Notes: a model not told the origin generated them from the sequence alone. A stretch of 64,000 bases of DNA from Candidatus Altimarinota bacterium (GCA_965231215.1 OZ246423.1:160001-224000); one strand, 5' to 3'. Counted from the stretch's first letter, positions 10,188 to 19,378 are shown. Program-made: numbers and translations.

Positions 10188-10285
10188 TCAAGATTCATAT
10201 TGAGGGATGAAAAAATTTCATAAACTAAGTATAGAAAGGAGATAATACAAAAATCAGTATCCTTAAAAGATTGTGGAATTTAGGA

Positions 10286-10314
10286 TTGAAAATCAAGGCA
10301 ATTTCGGCTATAAT
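10286..10314 (+). promoter_or_regulatory. Sigma70-type promoter for small ORF at 10351
   Basis: TTGAAA-17 nt-TATAAT. Confidence 0.7.
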
Positions 10315-10350
10315 GATCTAATTATTTTTTAAACACCCAAAAAAACAAAA

Positions 10351-10506
10351 ATGAAAACAAAAGTACTCGCCCTCACCGAACTCTGGTCTGACTTCTTTAT
10401 TGCCGCAGGTATTGTAGCGCTGTCAGGCGTGCTTGGATTTTATGCTCGAGAGTTCGCGCTGATGACACAAGCGAGTCTATTTATTGGTGACTGGGGTGTT
10501 TTTTAA
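10351..10506 (+). CDS. Small (51 aa) single-pass membrane protein, not in ORF track
   Basis: MKTKVLALTELWSDFFIAAGIVALSGVLGFYAREFALMTQASLFIGDWGVF*; GC-richer than its flanks; consensus promoter upstream; A-rich start context. Confidence 0.7.
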   Translation: MKTKVLALTELWSDFFIAAGIVALSGVLGFYAREFALMTQASLFIGDWGVF

Positions 10507-10571
10507 AAAACCATAAAAACCAAAATTTAAATTAAGGGATCAAGAATCTAAAAACTGAACAAAATTTGTGT

Positions 10572-11756
10572 TCAGTTTTTTTGTTTCAACCTTTTAACCG
10601 CCTCAATTTTCCACTTTTCAAAACTCCCTTCTAGAATTTTTTCTCTCATGGTTCGCATTAAATCATGATAAAAATACAAATTATGAAGCGTCACTAACCG
10701 GCTGCCTAATGCTTCTCCTACCTTAATTAAATGGTGTATATACCCACGGCTATACCCTCCAACACAAGCCGGACATCCACAATTTGGGGCCATGGGGTTT
10801 TTATCCAACGCGTATTTTTCATTACTAATTCGAACCTGACCATTCCAGGTATAGACCGTTCCATGTCGAGCATTACGTGACGGGTAAACACAATCAAACA
10901 TATCAATCCCCCGACTTACCGCTTCAATCAAATCTATCGGACTTCCAACTCCCATTAAATACCGCGGTTTGGGCTTCGGCAATTTATGGGCAATTTCATC
11001 CAGTACTTTATACATAGCTTCAGGCGGTTCTCCTACCGCTAAACCCCCCATAGCAAAGCCATCAAAAGGAAGGGCCGTAATTTCGGCTAAAGATTTTTCT
11101 CTTAGATCCGGAAAGGTGCCTCCCTGAACAATTCCAAAAATTTGAGGTCTTTTAGTAGCTGGAAGATTTAACGGATATTTTTTTTGATGCACATCTAGAG
11201 AAATTTTGGCCCATTCAGTCGTACGCTCTACAGCTTTACGCACTTTAAAATAAAGATTTCTTTCTTGTTTTTTTAGATCCCCATCAGGATTGAAGTTGGG
11301 CAATCGACTCGGCGGACATTCATCAAAAGCCATAATCATATCCGCACCAAGAGCGTGCTGAATCTCAATAGAGCGCTTGGCATCTATAAAAATTCTTTTC
11401 CCATCTATGTGAGAATTAAACCACACCCCTGTATCTGTAATCTTTTTCCGTTTGATAGAAAACACCTGATATCCACCACTGTCGGTGAGAATAGGTTTAT
11501 CACATTTCATAAAATCATGTAACCCTCCCATTTGCGCTACTACGGATTCACCAGGTTTAAGGTGCAAGTGGTAGGTGTTGGCCAAAACCACTGGGGCTTG
11601 CACATCATCCAAATCCTCCATACTCACGCCAGCCTTAATCGCCGCTCGAGTAGCCACCGACATAAAAAATGGAGTCTGGATATCCCCGGCTCGAGTTTTT
11701 AAAATTCCCGCACGAGCTTTCCCTGAAGTCTTTTGTAAATTAAAATTTTCGCCCAT
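10572..11756 (-). CDS. tgt: tRNA-guanine transglycosylase
   Basis: TPFFM, ANTYHL, TDSGGYQVFS, FGIVQGG, GGLAVGE, YLMGVG, DMFDCV, CGCPAC...HNL zinc site. Confidence 0.97.
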   Translation of the reverse strand: MGENFNLQKTSGKARAGILKTRAGDIQTPFFMSVATRAAIKAGVSMEDLDDVQAPVVLANTYHLHLKPGESVVAQMGGLHDFMKCDKPILTDSGGYQVFSIKRKKITDTGVWFNSHIDGKRIFIDAKRSIEIQHALGADMIMAFDECPPSRLPNFNPDGDLKKQERNLYFKVRKAVERTTEWAKISLDVHQKKYPLNLPATKRPQIFGIVQGGTFPDLREKSLAEITALPFDGFAMGGLAVGEPPEAMYKVLDEIAHKLPKPKPRYLMGVGSPIDLIEAVSRGIDMFDCVYPSRNARHGTVYTWNGQVRISNEKYALDKNPMAPNCGCPACVGGYSRGYIHHLIKVGEALGSRLVTLHNLYFYHDLMRTMREKILEGSFEKWKIEAVKRLKQKN

Positions 11757-11892
11757 AAATATTTTTTAAAGATACTTAACCATCACGAAATGAAATTTTT
11801 TTCTATAACTTGACACTCATTATAACAACGCAATAAGCTTAATGTTTGAGCCTCATTATCAGTTGTAGGAAGCATATTTAAATTCATAATCT

Positions 11893-12363
11893 TTACTTAA
11901 GACAATTAGTAACTTCCCTAATAATGTCAAAATCAAATCCTCTTCCAGCCAGGTAGTGGGATAACTTTGCACGCATTTCAAAGTCTGAAATATGAGGATA
12001 TTTTTTTTGAATCTGAGTTCGTTTTTTGTCCGCTAATCTTTGGGCTTGTTCTAGAGTATCCCCTCCACTAATAACTTCATCACATTTACGTTTAGCCAAA
12101 TGAGGGTCAATCCCTTTCTGTAAAAGTTTCTGATAAATTTTTTGAGATCCATTCCCCTTCTGAACCTGAGACTTAATAAATAAATCACAAAATCTATCAT
12201 CATCTAGATATTTTTTTTGAATAAATTTTTTGATCAAAATTTCAATTTCCTCAAATTCATCTTCAAAGTGTTCTTGGCATTTTTTTTGTAGCCCAGCAAC
12301 AGAGTATTCTCGTGTTCCCAAGAGCCAGAGAGCATATGCTTCTAGTGTCTTTTTTTTACGCAT
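11893..12363 (-). CDS. recX: Regulatory protein RecX
   Basis: ALWLLGTREYS, YLDDDRF, G..KI...L.QKGI, YLAGRGFDFDII. Confidence 0.88.
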   Translation of the reverse strand: MRKKKTLEAYALWLLGTREYSVAGLQKKCQEHFEDEFEEIEILIKKFIQKKYLDDDRFCDLFIKSQVQKGNGSQKIYQKLLQKGIDPHLAKRKCDEVISGGDTLEQAQRLADKKRTQIQKKYPHISDFEMRAKLSHYLAGRGFDFDIIREVTNCLK

Positions 12364-12430
12364 CCCATTAATAATATTGGTTTTAATTCCTTTTGAGGAG
12401 ATTTTTTCATAAAACCTTAAAAAGTTTTAT

Positions 12431-12490
12431 AAAAATTTCTTCGCAGGGAGGCCTTTTTTGATTCGTTTTTTGGCCACGCAAAAAAGGAAT
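12431..12490 (+). repeat. Dispersed hairpin element, copy 1
   Basis: AAAATTTCTTCGCAGGGAGGCCTTTTTTG-ATTCGTTTTTTG-GCCACG-CAAAAAAGGAAT, homologous to 57373-57428. Confidence 0.75.
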
Positions 12491-12508
12491 AAAATAAATT
12501 TATAGAAC

Positions 12509-12560
12509 TAGATTGCCAACGCTATTGTAAAATAAAATTTCAACTTCGCTCGCAATCACA
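12509..12560. repeat. REP-like palindrome (GATTGC...CTCGCAATCAC)
   Basis: GATTGC (12511-16) pairs with GCAATC (12552-57); ends resemble the widespread GATTGC..CGCT..CGCAATGAC REP family; single copy in the window. Confidence 0.45.
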
Positions 12561-12565
12561 CAAAT

Positions 12566-12594
12566 AAAAAAGCCCCGCAATAGCGAGACTTTTT
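12566..12594 (-). terminator. Intrinsic terminator after cupredoxin-like gene
   Basis: Minus strand AGTCTCGC-TATT-GCGGGGCT-TTTTT. Confidence 0.8.
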
Positions 12595-12619
12595 AGTCCT
12601 CCTCTCCCCAGAGAAAGTC

Positions 12620-13261
12620 TTAATTAACAACCGTAAAGTTTTCTGTCATGCCTCGTTCGTAATCTTGTCTTCGTTTAGAGAAAGTTTCGTACTCACCAGC
12701 TCTTAGTTTAACCGTGAAAGTTTGAGTGTCTCCAGGACTAATCTTCCCAAGAGTTCCAAGTCCATCAATCGCAAAATCATGAGTAAAGCGTCCATCATTT
12801 TGAACTTGAAAGTTCACCGTCCCAGCTGGAATAGTCCGAACAGATAGATCAATATTCCATTCGTACAAGTAGACTTTAACATCTGTAATTCGATTAGGGG
12901 CTACCGGGGTTCGCACTACCGGCGCTTGAGTTACTGAAGGCGTAACGGTTGTTGGAGTTTCAGTTACGGGCGTTTCTTCTTGGTCTGTTTCAGCTGGGGT
13001 TTCGGGAGTCACTGTTTCTGTTTCAATTTCAGTTTCAGGCTCAGCGGTTATTTCTTCAGTTTCGGCCGATGTGTCAGTTGCTTCCTCATCGGCTGCTTCT
13101 GACTCAGTATCAGTATCTTCTTCCGTATTTTCCGTTTCTTCCAAAACTTCAACGGCTTCTGTGTTTGCTTCCTCTTGTACTTCAGAGGCATTATCTTTGT
13201 GAGTAAGCCACCAAAAAACGCCGAACAGGAATAAAACTAAAACCAAAACTCTTTTAAACAT
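12620..13261 (-). CDS. Membrane-anchored protein with acidic/Thr-Pro linker and C-terminal cupredoxin-like domain
   Basis: N-terminal TM; E/T-rich stalk; IPAGTVNFQVQNDGRFTHDFAI...ISPGDTQTFTVKLRAGEY...GM cupredoxin pattern. Confidence 0.75.
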   Translation of the reverse strand: MFKRVLVLVLFLFGVFWWLTHKDNASEVQEEANTEAVEVLEETENTEEDTDTESEAADEEATDTSAETEEITAEPETEIETETVTPETPAETDQEETPVTETPTTVTPSVTQAPVVRTPVAPNRITDVKVYLYEWNIDLSVRTIPAGTVNFQVQNDGRFTHDFAIDGLGTLGKISPGDTQTFTVKLRAGEYETFSKRRQDYERGMTENFTVVN

Positions 13262-13341
13262 ATTGTGTGGGTTGATAAATTCTTAACGGACGTGATGCTA
13301 AAACAATTTCCCAAAGCGTGCAAATTATTTTTTAATAATTT

Positions 13342-13797
13342 TTAGGCCTTATGAAAATTTTTACCTCCAGCTATTTCAAGTGCCCTATATATCTGCTCCT
13401 CCAACATAAGTCGTGCTAAATTTTTAGTCCATACCATGGCCCCAAAAGACAGTTTCAGATTAGCTCTTTCTAGCAAAGATTGATCAAGTCCATGCGCCCC
13501 TCCAATCACAAAATTTATTTCTTTCTTCGCTTCTAGGGTTGCTTTAAACCATTGAGAAAAACTATTTGAGTCGTAAGTTTTGCCTCTTTCATCTAGGACT
13601 ACCAAAAAGTCCTGATCCGTGATTTTTGACAAAAGGGATTGAGCTTCTTTTTGTTTCGCTACCTTTGCCTCTTTAATGCCGGCTTGAGGTAAAGCGATAG
13701 TTTCAATTTGAAGACTAAAACCAATACGCTTTAGATACACAGCTTCCAAATCAATTTTGTCAGATTTTTTACCAAAAAAATAGATTTTGATTTTCAT
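13342..13797 (-). CDS. rlmH: 23S rRNA (pseudouridine1915-N3)-methyltransferase
   Basis: VLDERGK..DS, FVIGGAHGL, LSFGAM, LEEQIYRA..I..G..FHK. Confidence 0.93.
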   Translation of the reverse strand: MKIKIYFFGKKSDKIDLEAVYLKRIGFSLQIETIALPQAGIKEAKVAKQKEAQSLLSKITDQDFLVVLDERGKTYDSNSFSQWFKATLEAKKEINFVIGGAHGLDQSLLERANLKLSFGAMVWTKNLARLMLEEQIYRALEIAGGKNFHKA

Positions 13798-13829
13798 ACT
13801 CAGCCAGCTTAGAATAAGAGCAAATAAAA

Positions 13830-14333
13830 ATGAAATATTTATCTCTCGCTTTCATCTTGCTCCTGGTCGGTTGTGGTGGGGCTAAAACGCTTAATACCAA
13901 GTACATTGATGACAAATTTAGTTTTGGAGATCAGGCTTGGCAGGTAAAACTCCCCATAGACTGGAGAAAACTCCCTCTGGAAGCCGATGTGATTTATATG
14001 GCGAGAAAATCTGATGAAAATTTCGTAATCTTGGAAAGAGAAAAAAAGGAAGTCCCAATTTCTCAACAGATATTAGAAAGTGCAGAAAGTGATTTTTTTC
14101 AGTTTGAAATAGAAGAATTCGCCGCTAATCAATGGAAATTTCAAGGCAAACCAAGAGCCAGCCTCCCCTTGAGAGTATTCTGGCAAAAAGTACATGAAAT
14201 TCCTGGAAGCAATAAATTTCTACTAGGAAGTTGTAGCTACCAAGTAACCAAAAATGAAAGTGCTCAAAATGAATGCGCGGTTATCTTAAACAGCTGGGAA
14301 ATCTACCAAGAACCAGAAGAGAACTCTAACTAA
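13830..14333 (+). CDS. Lipoprotein of unknown function
   Basis: Lipobox LLVGC; W.V.LP.DW pattern (PsbP-like fold possible). Confidence 0.7.
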   Translation: MKYLSLAFILLLVGCGGAKTLNTKYIDDKFSFGDQAWQVKLPIDWRKLPLEADVIYMARKSDENFVILEREKKEVPISQQILESAESDFFQFEIEEFAANQWKFQGKPRASLPLRVFWQKVHEIPGSNKFLLGSCSYQVTKNESAQNECAVILNSWEIYQEPEENSN

Positions 14334-14360
14334 AACCAGTATCCTCCCTATTTTTTAAAA

Positions 14361-14448
14361 TGGTGCCCAGGGCGGGAATCGAACCCGCACGGCTGTTTAG
14401 GCCACAGGATTTTAAGTCCTGCGTGTCTACCAATTCCACCACCTGGGC
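14361..14448 (-). tRNA. tRNA-Leu(TAA)
   Basis: GCCCAGG acceptor stem, CAGGA-CT-TAA-AA-TCCTG anticodon arm, long variable arm, GGTTCGATTCC, encoded CCA. Confidence 0.97.
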
Positions 14449-14453
14449 TTGGT

Positions 14454-14527
14454 TGGAGGCGCCACCCGGGATCGAACCGGGGTACAAGGCTTTGCAGGCC
14501 TCTGCGTAACCACTCCGCCATAGCGCC
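14454..14527 (-). tRNA. tRNA-Cys(GCA)
   Basis: GGCGCTA.../TGGCGCC-T-CCA (U73 discriminator), GAGGC-CT-GCA-AA-GCCTT anticodon arm, GGTTCGATCC; 5-nt spacer to tRNA-Leu. Confidence 0.97.
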
Positions 14528-14663
14528 AATAAAACAAAAATAGCTAGGCGATTCTAGAAATTTTATTTAAAATGTCTATACGAGATTTCCAAAAAAAATA
14601 GCATAGATTTTTTTCAGGAAAAAGTTATAAAATAAAGTTAACCAAGACACACTTAAAATAAAC

Positions 14664-16679
14664 ATGTCATTATCTAAATATATTTTTCAGCTCTCAATCC
14701 TAGTTATAGGGGTTTCTAATCTCGCTTTTGCTCAGATATATTCTGACCTTTTTCTCAGAGAAAGTGATTTAAAAAGCAACACCGATGGACAGTTAATTAT
14801 TGAACAAGGAAAAACCGCTCGAGTGTATCTCCAAACCAATAACCAATCTGCCGAGGATTTTAGAGGATGGGTTACCTTCCGGGATATCCCAACTAAAACC
14901 GTACTTAAAAAAGATTTAAGTATTCACGTCCGGTCTAACAGTGAGGACTTTTTGTGGACAGACATTACCTTTGTAAGTCCTGAAGAATACCAAATTGAAG
15001 CCCTCATTACCGATGTGCCCTGGAATGATGCTGATTTTTGGGCCGAAAGAGCCACTCTCAAAATCGTGAATGATATAGATTCAGATAATGATGGCCTCTT
15101 TAATATAGAAGACCCTGATGACGATAATGACGGAACACCCGATACCATTGATGCTTTTCCGCTGGATCCAACAGAGTCTCTGGATAGTGATGGCGATGGT
15201 CAAGGAAATAATGCTGACGGGGACGATGATAATGATGGGCTGTTTGACAAAGAAGAAACAGAAAAATTAGGAACAGATCCTACTAAAAGAGATACCGATG
15301 GTGACGGTGTTGGAGATAAGGAAGACGACCTTCCACTTGATCCAACAGAAACCACTGATACAGACAGTGATGGGCAAGGTGACAACACTGACCCCGATGA
15401 TGACAATGATGGGCTCAGTGATATTGATGAGGCCAGTATCGGAACCGATAGCCTTAAAGCCGATTCAGATGAAGATGGCACAAGTGACTCACTTGACTCA
15501 TTTCCTTTAGACCCCACAGAAAGTGTGGACACTGACAACGACGGAATTGGAGACAATGCCGATACTGACGACGATAATGATGGTATCTCCGATGTAGACG
15601 AAATCTCTATTGGCACGAACCCCAATTACAAAGATACTGATGGAGATGGCGTTGAAGACTCACTGGATAAATTCCCATTCAATGCCTATGAATCTGGAGA
15701 TCACGATAATGATGGCCTCGGAAATAATGTAGACAAAGATGATGATAATGATGGCCTCTATGATGAAAAAGAAAAAGACTATGGAACAGACTTTCTCAAC
15801 CCTGATACCGATGGTGATGGTATCACCGATGGGGACGAAGTAAAACTCGGGCTTGACCCCACCAGTCGTGACACAGACGGGGATGGCGTGTGGGACAAGC
15901 AAGACGCTCTACCACTAGACCCTAGAGATAGTACTAACTTTGATGGCACAGGACTAGGAGACAATCTTGACCCAGATGATGATAATGATGGAGTTTCGGA
16001 TAGAGATGAAAAAGAATTGGGTACTAATCCAAAAAATGCCGACACCGATGGGGATGGCCTGAGTGATAGTGCTGAAATTCAAATCGGAACCGATCCCCTC
16101 GCCTATGATTCTGACGGAGATGGCCTTGATGATCAATTTGAGCATGCGATTGGCTCTAATCCCTTAATTGCTGATTCTGATGAGGATGGGGTTAATGACA
16201 GAGATGAGTGGATGGCCAAAACCTTTCCCATAAATCAACCGGCTTTTATCGTAGATGAAAAAGGTAAGCGAGTTACTTTTGTAAAAGATGGGCAACTCCA
16301 ACCAGAAGGCCTCAAGGTAAACCGAGAACAAATGAAGATCACGGTAGAAGGATCAGACCAACCACAACACACTCAAACCGAATGGTGGTTTAACGGTGTA
16401 AAATCAGCCAAAGGGCATTACAGACTCCCCTTCTATAAACCTTTCGGAAGAATCCATGTAGTAGAGAAAATTACTAAAGGCCCACACCTACAAACCGTAA
16501 AAGAATACCACCTATGGATGCTCAGTCCCTGGTGGTTCGCTTTAAGCTGTTTGGGGATTATCTGGTTTATGTTCTTGAGTCCTTACGGAATAGCCGCACA
16601 CATGCCGACAAAAAAGAAAAAAACTAAAAAACCCATCAAGAAAGTTGCTAAGCGGAAAACCACACGGAAGAAAAAGTAA
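14664..16679 (+). CDS. Surface protein with extended thrombospondin type 3-like (DxDxDG) Ca-binding repeats, C-terminal TM and Lys-rich tail
   Basis: Signal peptide; many DTDGDG/DDDNDG and GTDP/FPLDPTE repeats; WWFALSCLGIIWFMFL TM; KKKKTKKPIKK tail. Confidence 0.85.
   Translation: MSLSKYIFQLSILVIGVSNLAFAQIYSDLFLRESDLKSNTDGQLIIEQGKTARVYLQTNNQSAEDFRGWVTFRDIPTKTVLKKDLSIHVRSNSEDFLWTDITFVSPEEYQIEALITDVPWNDADFWAERATLKIVNDIDSDNDGLFNIEDPDDDNDGTPDTIDAFPLDPTESLDSDGDGQGNNADGDDDNDGLFDKEETEKLGTDPTKRDTDGDGVGDKEDDLPLDPTETTDTDSDGQGDNTDPDDDNDGLSDIDEASIGTDSLKADSDEDGTSDSLDSFPLDPTESVDTDNDGIGDNADTDDDNDGISDVDEISIGTNPNYKDTDGDGVEDSLDKFPFNAYESGDHDNDGLGNNVDKDDDNDGLYDEKEKDYGTDFLNPDTDGDGITDGDEVKLGLDPTSRDTDGDGVWDKQDALPLDPRDSTNFDGTGLGDNLDPDDDNDGVSDRDEKELGTNPKNADTDGDGLSDSAEIQIGTDPLAYDSDGDGLDDQFEHAIGSNPLIADSDEDGVNDRDEWMAKTFPINQPAFIVDEKGKRVTFVKDGQLQPEGLKVNREQMKITVEGSDQPQHTQTEWWFNGVKSAKGHYRLPFYKPFGRIHVVEKITKGPHLQTVKEYHLWMLSPWWFALSCLGIIWFMFLSPYGIAAHMPTKKKKTKKPIKKVAKRKTTRKKK
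15073..16215 (+). repeat. Intragenic degenerate tandem repeats (TSP3-like)
   Basis: Recurring unit of DDDNDG..D..E...GTDP...DTDGDG..D..D.FPLDP.E..D.D.DG.G.N; synonymous sites are diverged. Confidence 0.8.
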
Positions 16680-16719
16680 TTTTTTTAATATTCCAAACGC
16701 ACCATCTGAAATAATCCTT

Positions 16720-18177
16720 TTAACTGGGTTTAGTATTAAAATATGCTTCTTCTAAATAATCTAGGAGTTCAACAATTTTAACTCTTTCTTGTTCCATACT
16801 ATCGCGATCTCTCACTGTCACTGAATCATCTTCTAAAGACTCGTAATCAACCGTAATACAGACCGGAGTTCCAATTTCATCTTGGCGACGATATCGTTTC
16901 CCTATAGCGCCCCCATCATCATATTCACAATTTCCAAATACCCCTACTTTACTAAGTACTTCTTCCGCCTTTTCGGGAAGTCCATCTTTTTTCATCAATG
17001 GCAATACGGCTACTTTAACTGGAGCTAAAACCGGTTTGAGATGAAGCACCGTTCGAATAGATCCATCTTCTAAAATTTCTTCTTCATAAGCAGAAGTTAA
17101 CACTGCTAAAATAGAACGACCTACCCCGAAAGTAGGTTCTATAACATGTGGAATGTATTCTTTATTTGTTTGAGGATCTCTATAGGCAAGTTTTTTCCCA
17201 GAAAATTTTTGATGCTGAGATAAATCAAAATCTGTTCGATAAGCACACCCATAAAGCTCTTTTTGCCCAAAAGGAAAATCAAACTCAATATCAAAAGTGC
17301 GTTTAGAATAATGTGATAATTTTTCTGGTTTATGTTCTACAACATGACATTTATCAGCCGCCAGACCAATAGCATCACACCAAACATTCATGGCTTCAGC
17401 CCATTGATCAAAAAAACCATTTACATAGTCTTTCATTTCCTTTGGCCATTCATCTAGATGCGGTTTTTGCATTAGTTCCTCTCTCGCTTCCTCAAAACCC
17501 TCTGGAGGAGTGAAAAAATATTCAATCTCCATTTGTTCAAACTCCAACTGACGAAAAATAAAATTCCCTGGAGTAATTTCATTCCGAAAAGCTTTCCCAA
17601 TCTGAGCCATTCCAAACGGGACTCTTACTCGAGTCGAATCAAGCACATTTTTAAACTCTAAGAAAATTGCTTGAGCTGTTTCAGGGCGGAGGTAAACATG
17701 GCTTCCCTCTCCCGTTTTTGACATCTCGGCTTGGAACATCAGATTAAACTGTTTGACTGGCCCTTTCAATAAAGTTCCAGAGGTCGGAGATTTAACCGGA
17801 TTATCCTTCAAAAAACCATCAATTTTTTCTAAGTCCCATCCTTCAACATCAATCTCATGTTGTTCCTCAATCAAGTGATCTACCCTGAACCGATGTCGAG
17901 TTTCTGGATCCTCAATCAGAAGATCATTAAATCCTCCTACATGACCACTAGCTTCCCAAACGCGTGGATGCATAAAGATATCACCATCAACGCCCACCAT
18001 GTCTTGCCGCTCTTCTACAAACATTTTCCACCAAAGATCTTTGAGGTTCTTTTTGAGTAAAGATCCATAGGGGCCATAACTATAGGTATTTCCAAATCCT
18101 CCATAGATATCTGATCCTGGATAAATAAATCCACGTCGTTTACAAAGAGCTGTAATTTTTTCCATCGTGTACATCAT
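16720..18177 (-). CDS. glyQS: Glycine--tRNA ligase (homodimeric alpha2 type)
   Basis: CKRRGFIYPGSDIYGG, WEASGH, YLRPETAQ, FRNEITP, EFEQME, IEPTFG, IGKRYRRQDEIGTP. Confidence 0.97.
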   Translation of the reverse strand: MMYTMEKITALCKRRGFIYPGSDIYGGFGNTYSYGPYGSLLKKNLKDLWWKMFVEERQDMVGVDGDIFMHPRVWEASGHVGGFNDLLIEDPETRHRFRVDHLIEEQHEIDVEGWDLEKIDGFLKDNPVKSPTSGTLLKGPVKQFNLMFQAEMSKTGEGSHVYLRPETAQAIFLEFKNVLDSTRVRVPFGMAQIGKAFRNEITPGNFIFRQLEFEQMEIEYFFTPPEGFEEAREELMQKPHLDEWPKEMKDYVNGFFDQWAEAMNVWCDAIGLAADKCHVVEHKPEKLSHYSKRTFDIEFDFPFGQKELYGCAYRTDFDLSQHQKFSGKKLAYRDPQTNKEYIPHVIEPTFGVGRSILAVLTSAYEEEILEDGSIRTVLHLKPVLAPVKVAVLPLMKKDGLPEKAEEVLSKVGVFGNCEYDDGGAIGKRYRRQDEIGTPVCITVDYESLEDDSVTVRDRDSMEQERVKIVELLDYLEEAYFNTKPS

Positions 18178-18193
18178 AAAAATTTATAAAAAT

Positions 18194-18234
18194 AAAAAAA
18201 GCCCCAGATCTACCAACTGTAGATCTGAGGTTTT
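18194..18234 (-). terminator. Intrinsic terminator after DsbA-family gene
   Basis: Minus strand CCTCAGATCTAC-AGTTG-GTAGATCTGGGG-C-TTTTTTT. Confidence 0.85.
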
Positions 18235-18247
18235 AAGGTCTTAGTGA

Positions 18248-19378
18248 TTAGAGCTCTTGATCTACCGCTGCACGGAAAACATCAGGGCCAATAGCTCCTG
18301 GCATCATTTGAGTTCCGATAAAGAGAGCCGGGGTTCCAGACACTCCAAATCGACTTCCTTCTGCTAAATCCGCTTGCATTTCAGCCTCTATAGCTGGATC
18401 ACTCATACAAGAGGTAATATCAATACCCATATTATCAGCCAGCGCTATCATTTGAGTTCGAGCTTCGGCTCCTTTACCAGACCAAGCTTTTTGAGTTCTG
18501 AATATCTCAGCATTCATGCTCCAGTAGTCATCTTGCCCAGACTCTCTGAGCACACAATTTGCCGCCTTATGAGCATCCTTAGCTTCTAAATGAAAATTAA
18601 GCGGGAAATCTTTTACTATATAGGTAATTTTGTTTGCAGCTACCAATTCGGCAATTAGCTCTTTGTTTTGGTCATACAACCGTTTACAGAAAGGACACTG
18701 ATAATCCGTAAACTCTACAACCCTTACCGGACCCGTTCCGAGTTTTGGCTCTGTATCCAAATCCGCAAATTCTGGAGCTTTGATGAACTTCCCAGGTCTA
18801 AACCCGGTAGCCGCCCCATTGAGATGATACAAATCATCTTTTTCAGTTAATACTCCAACCGGAAGGTTATCTATAAATTTAGAACCATCATCCGCTCCAA
18901 GCGACTCAATGCCTTCCCCGAAGAAATATTGAGGTACCGAAACCAGATCAAAAGATTGGATTAATGCTTGCCCTTCCTCTGAAGTGACATCTACCTCAGT
19001 TACAATCAGCGCTGGACTTATGTTTTGCTTTAAAGCCGCAATCGCTTGTGTGGTATCACACCCAGAAGTACATTGCCGATCATTAAGCACCATAAGTTCA
19101 ATTGGTTTTCCCTTAACGGGAATCCAGGTTTTATCGCCCACCACTACCATAGCTTTATCCTCATCAAATTTTTCCATCATCATCGGCTCAGCCAAAAAAG
19201 ACCCCACAAGTCCTCCTAATAAAAACACACAGGCAATCCAAGCTATTGGAGCCATAGTCATCCCTTTAGTCTGAATCGGCTTAGAAGTTGAAGCCTTTTT
19301 TGCCGCTTTAGCTACTGTTTTTTTAGGAGCCGCTTTTTTGGTCGTTGTCGTTTTAGTTGTTTTTTTTGCAGGTGCCAT
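18248..19378 (-). CDS. Membrane-anchored DsbA/thioredoxin-family oxidoreductase
   Basis: EFTDYQCPFC active site, DFPL.FH, GVSGTP cis-Pro; extra domain with C...C (QCTSGCD); Lys-rich N-terminus then TM. Confidence 0.9.
   Translation of the reverse strand: MAPAKKTTKTTTTKKAAPKKTVAKAAKKASTSKPIQTKGMTMAPIAWIACVFLLGGLVGSFLAEPMMMEKFDEDKAMVVVGDKTWIPVKGKPIELMVLNDRQCTSGCDTTQAIAALKQNISPALIVTEVDVTSEEGQALIQSFDLVSVPQYFFGEGIESLGADDGSKFIDNLPVGVLTEKDDLYHLNGAATGFRPGKFIKAPEFADLDTEPKLGTGPVRVVEFTDYQCPFCKRLYDQNKELIAELVAANKITYIVKDFPLNFHLEAKDAHKAANCVLRESGQDDYWSMNAEIFRTQKAWSGKGAEARTQMIALADNMGIDITSCMSDPAIEAEMQADLAEGSRFGVSGTPALFIGTQMMPGAIGPDVFRAAVDQEL

Noticed and set aside
11757-11892. Possible preQ1 riboswitch upstream of tgt; T-boxes upstream of glyQS, hisS, leuS, argS; Thr leader upstream of thrC
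   Set aside because: No preQ1 aptamer pattern, no T-box (GGTGG.ACC) motif or room for one, and no Thr-rich uORF seen.
14326-14529. 67-aa ORF in the track
   Set aside because: It is a translation of the tRNA-Cys/tRNA-Leu genes.
14924-16145. Ser/Pro-rich antisense ORFs; also considered as a CRISPR-like array
   Set aside because: These are shadows of Asp/Gly codon repeats in the TSP3 protein; repeats are conserved at protein level only, with no identical DNA repeats or unique spacers.
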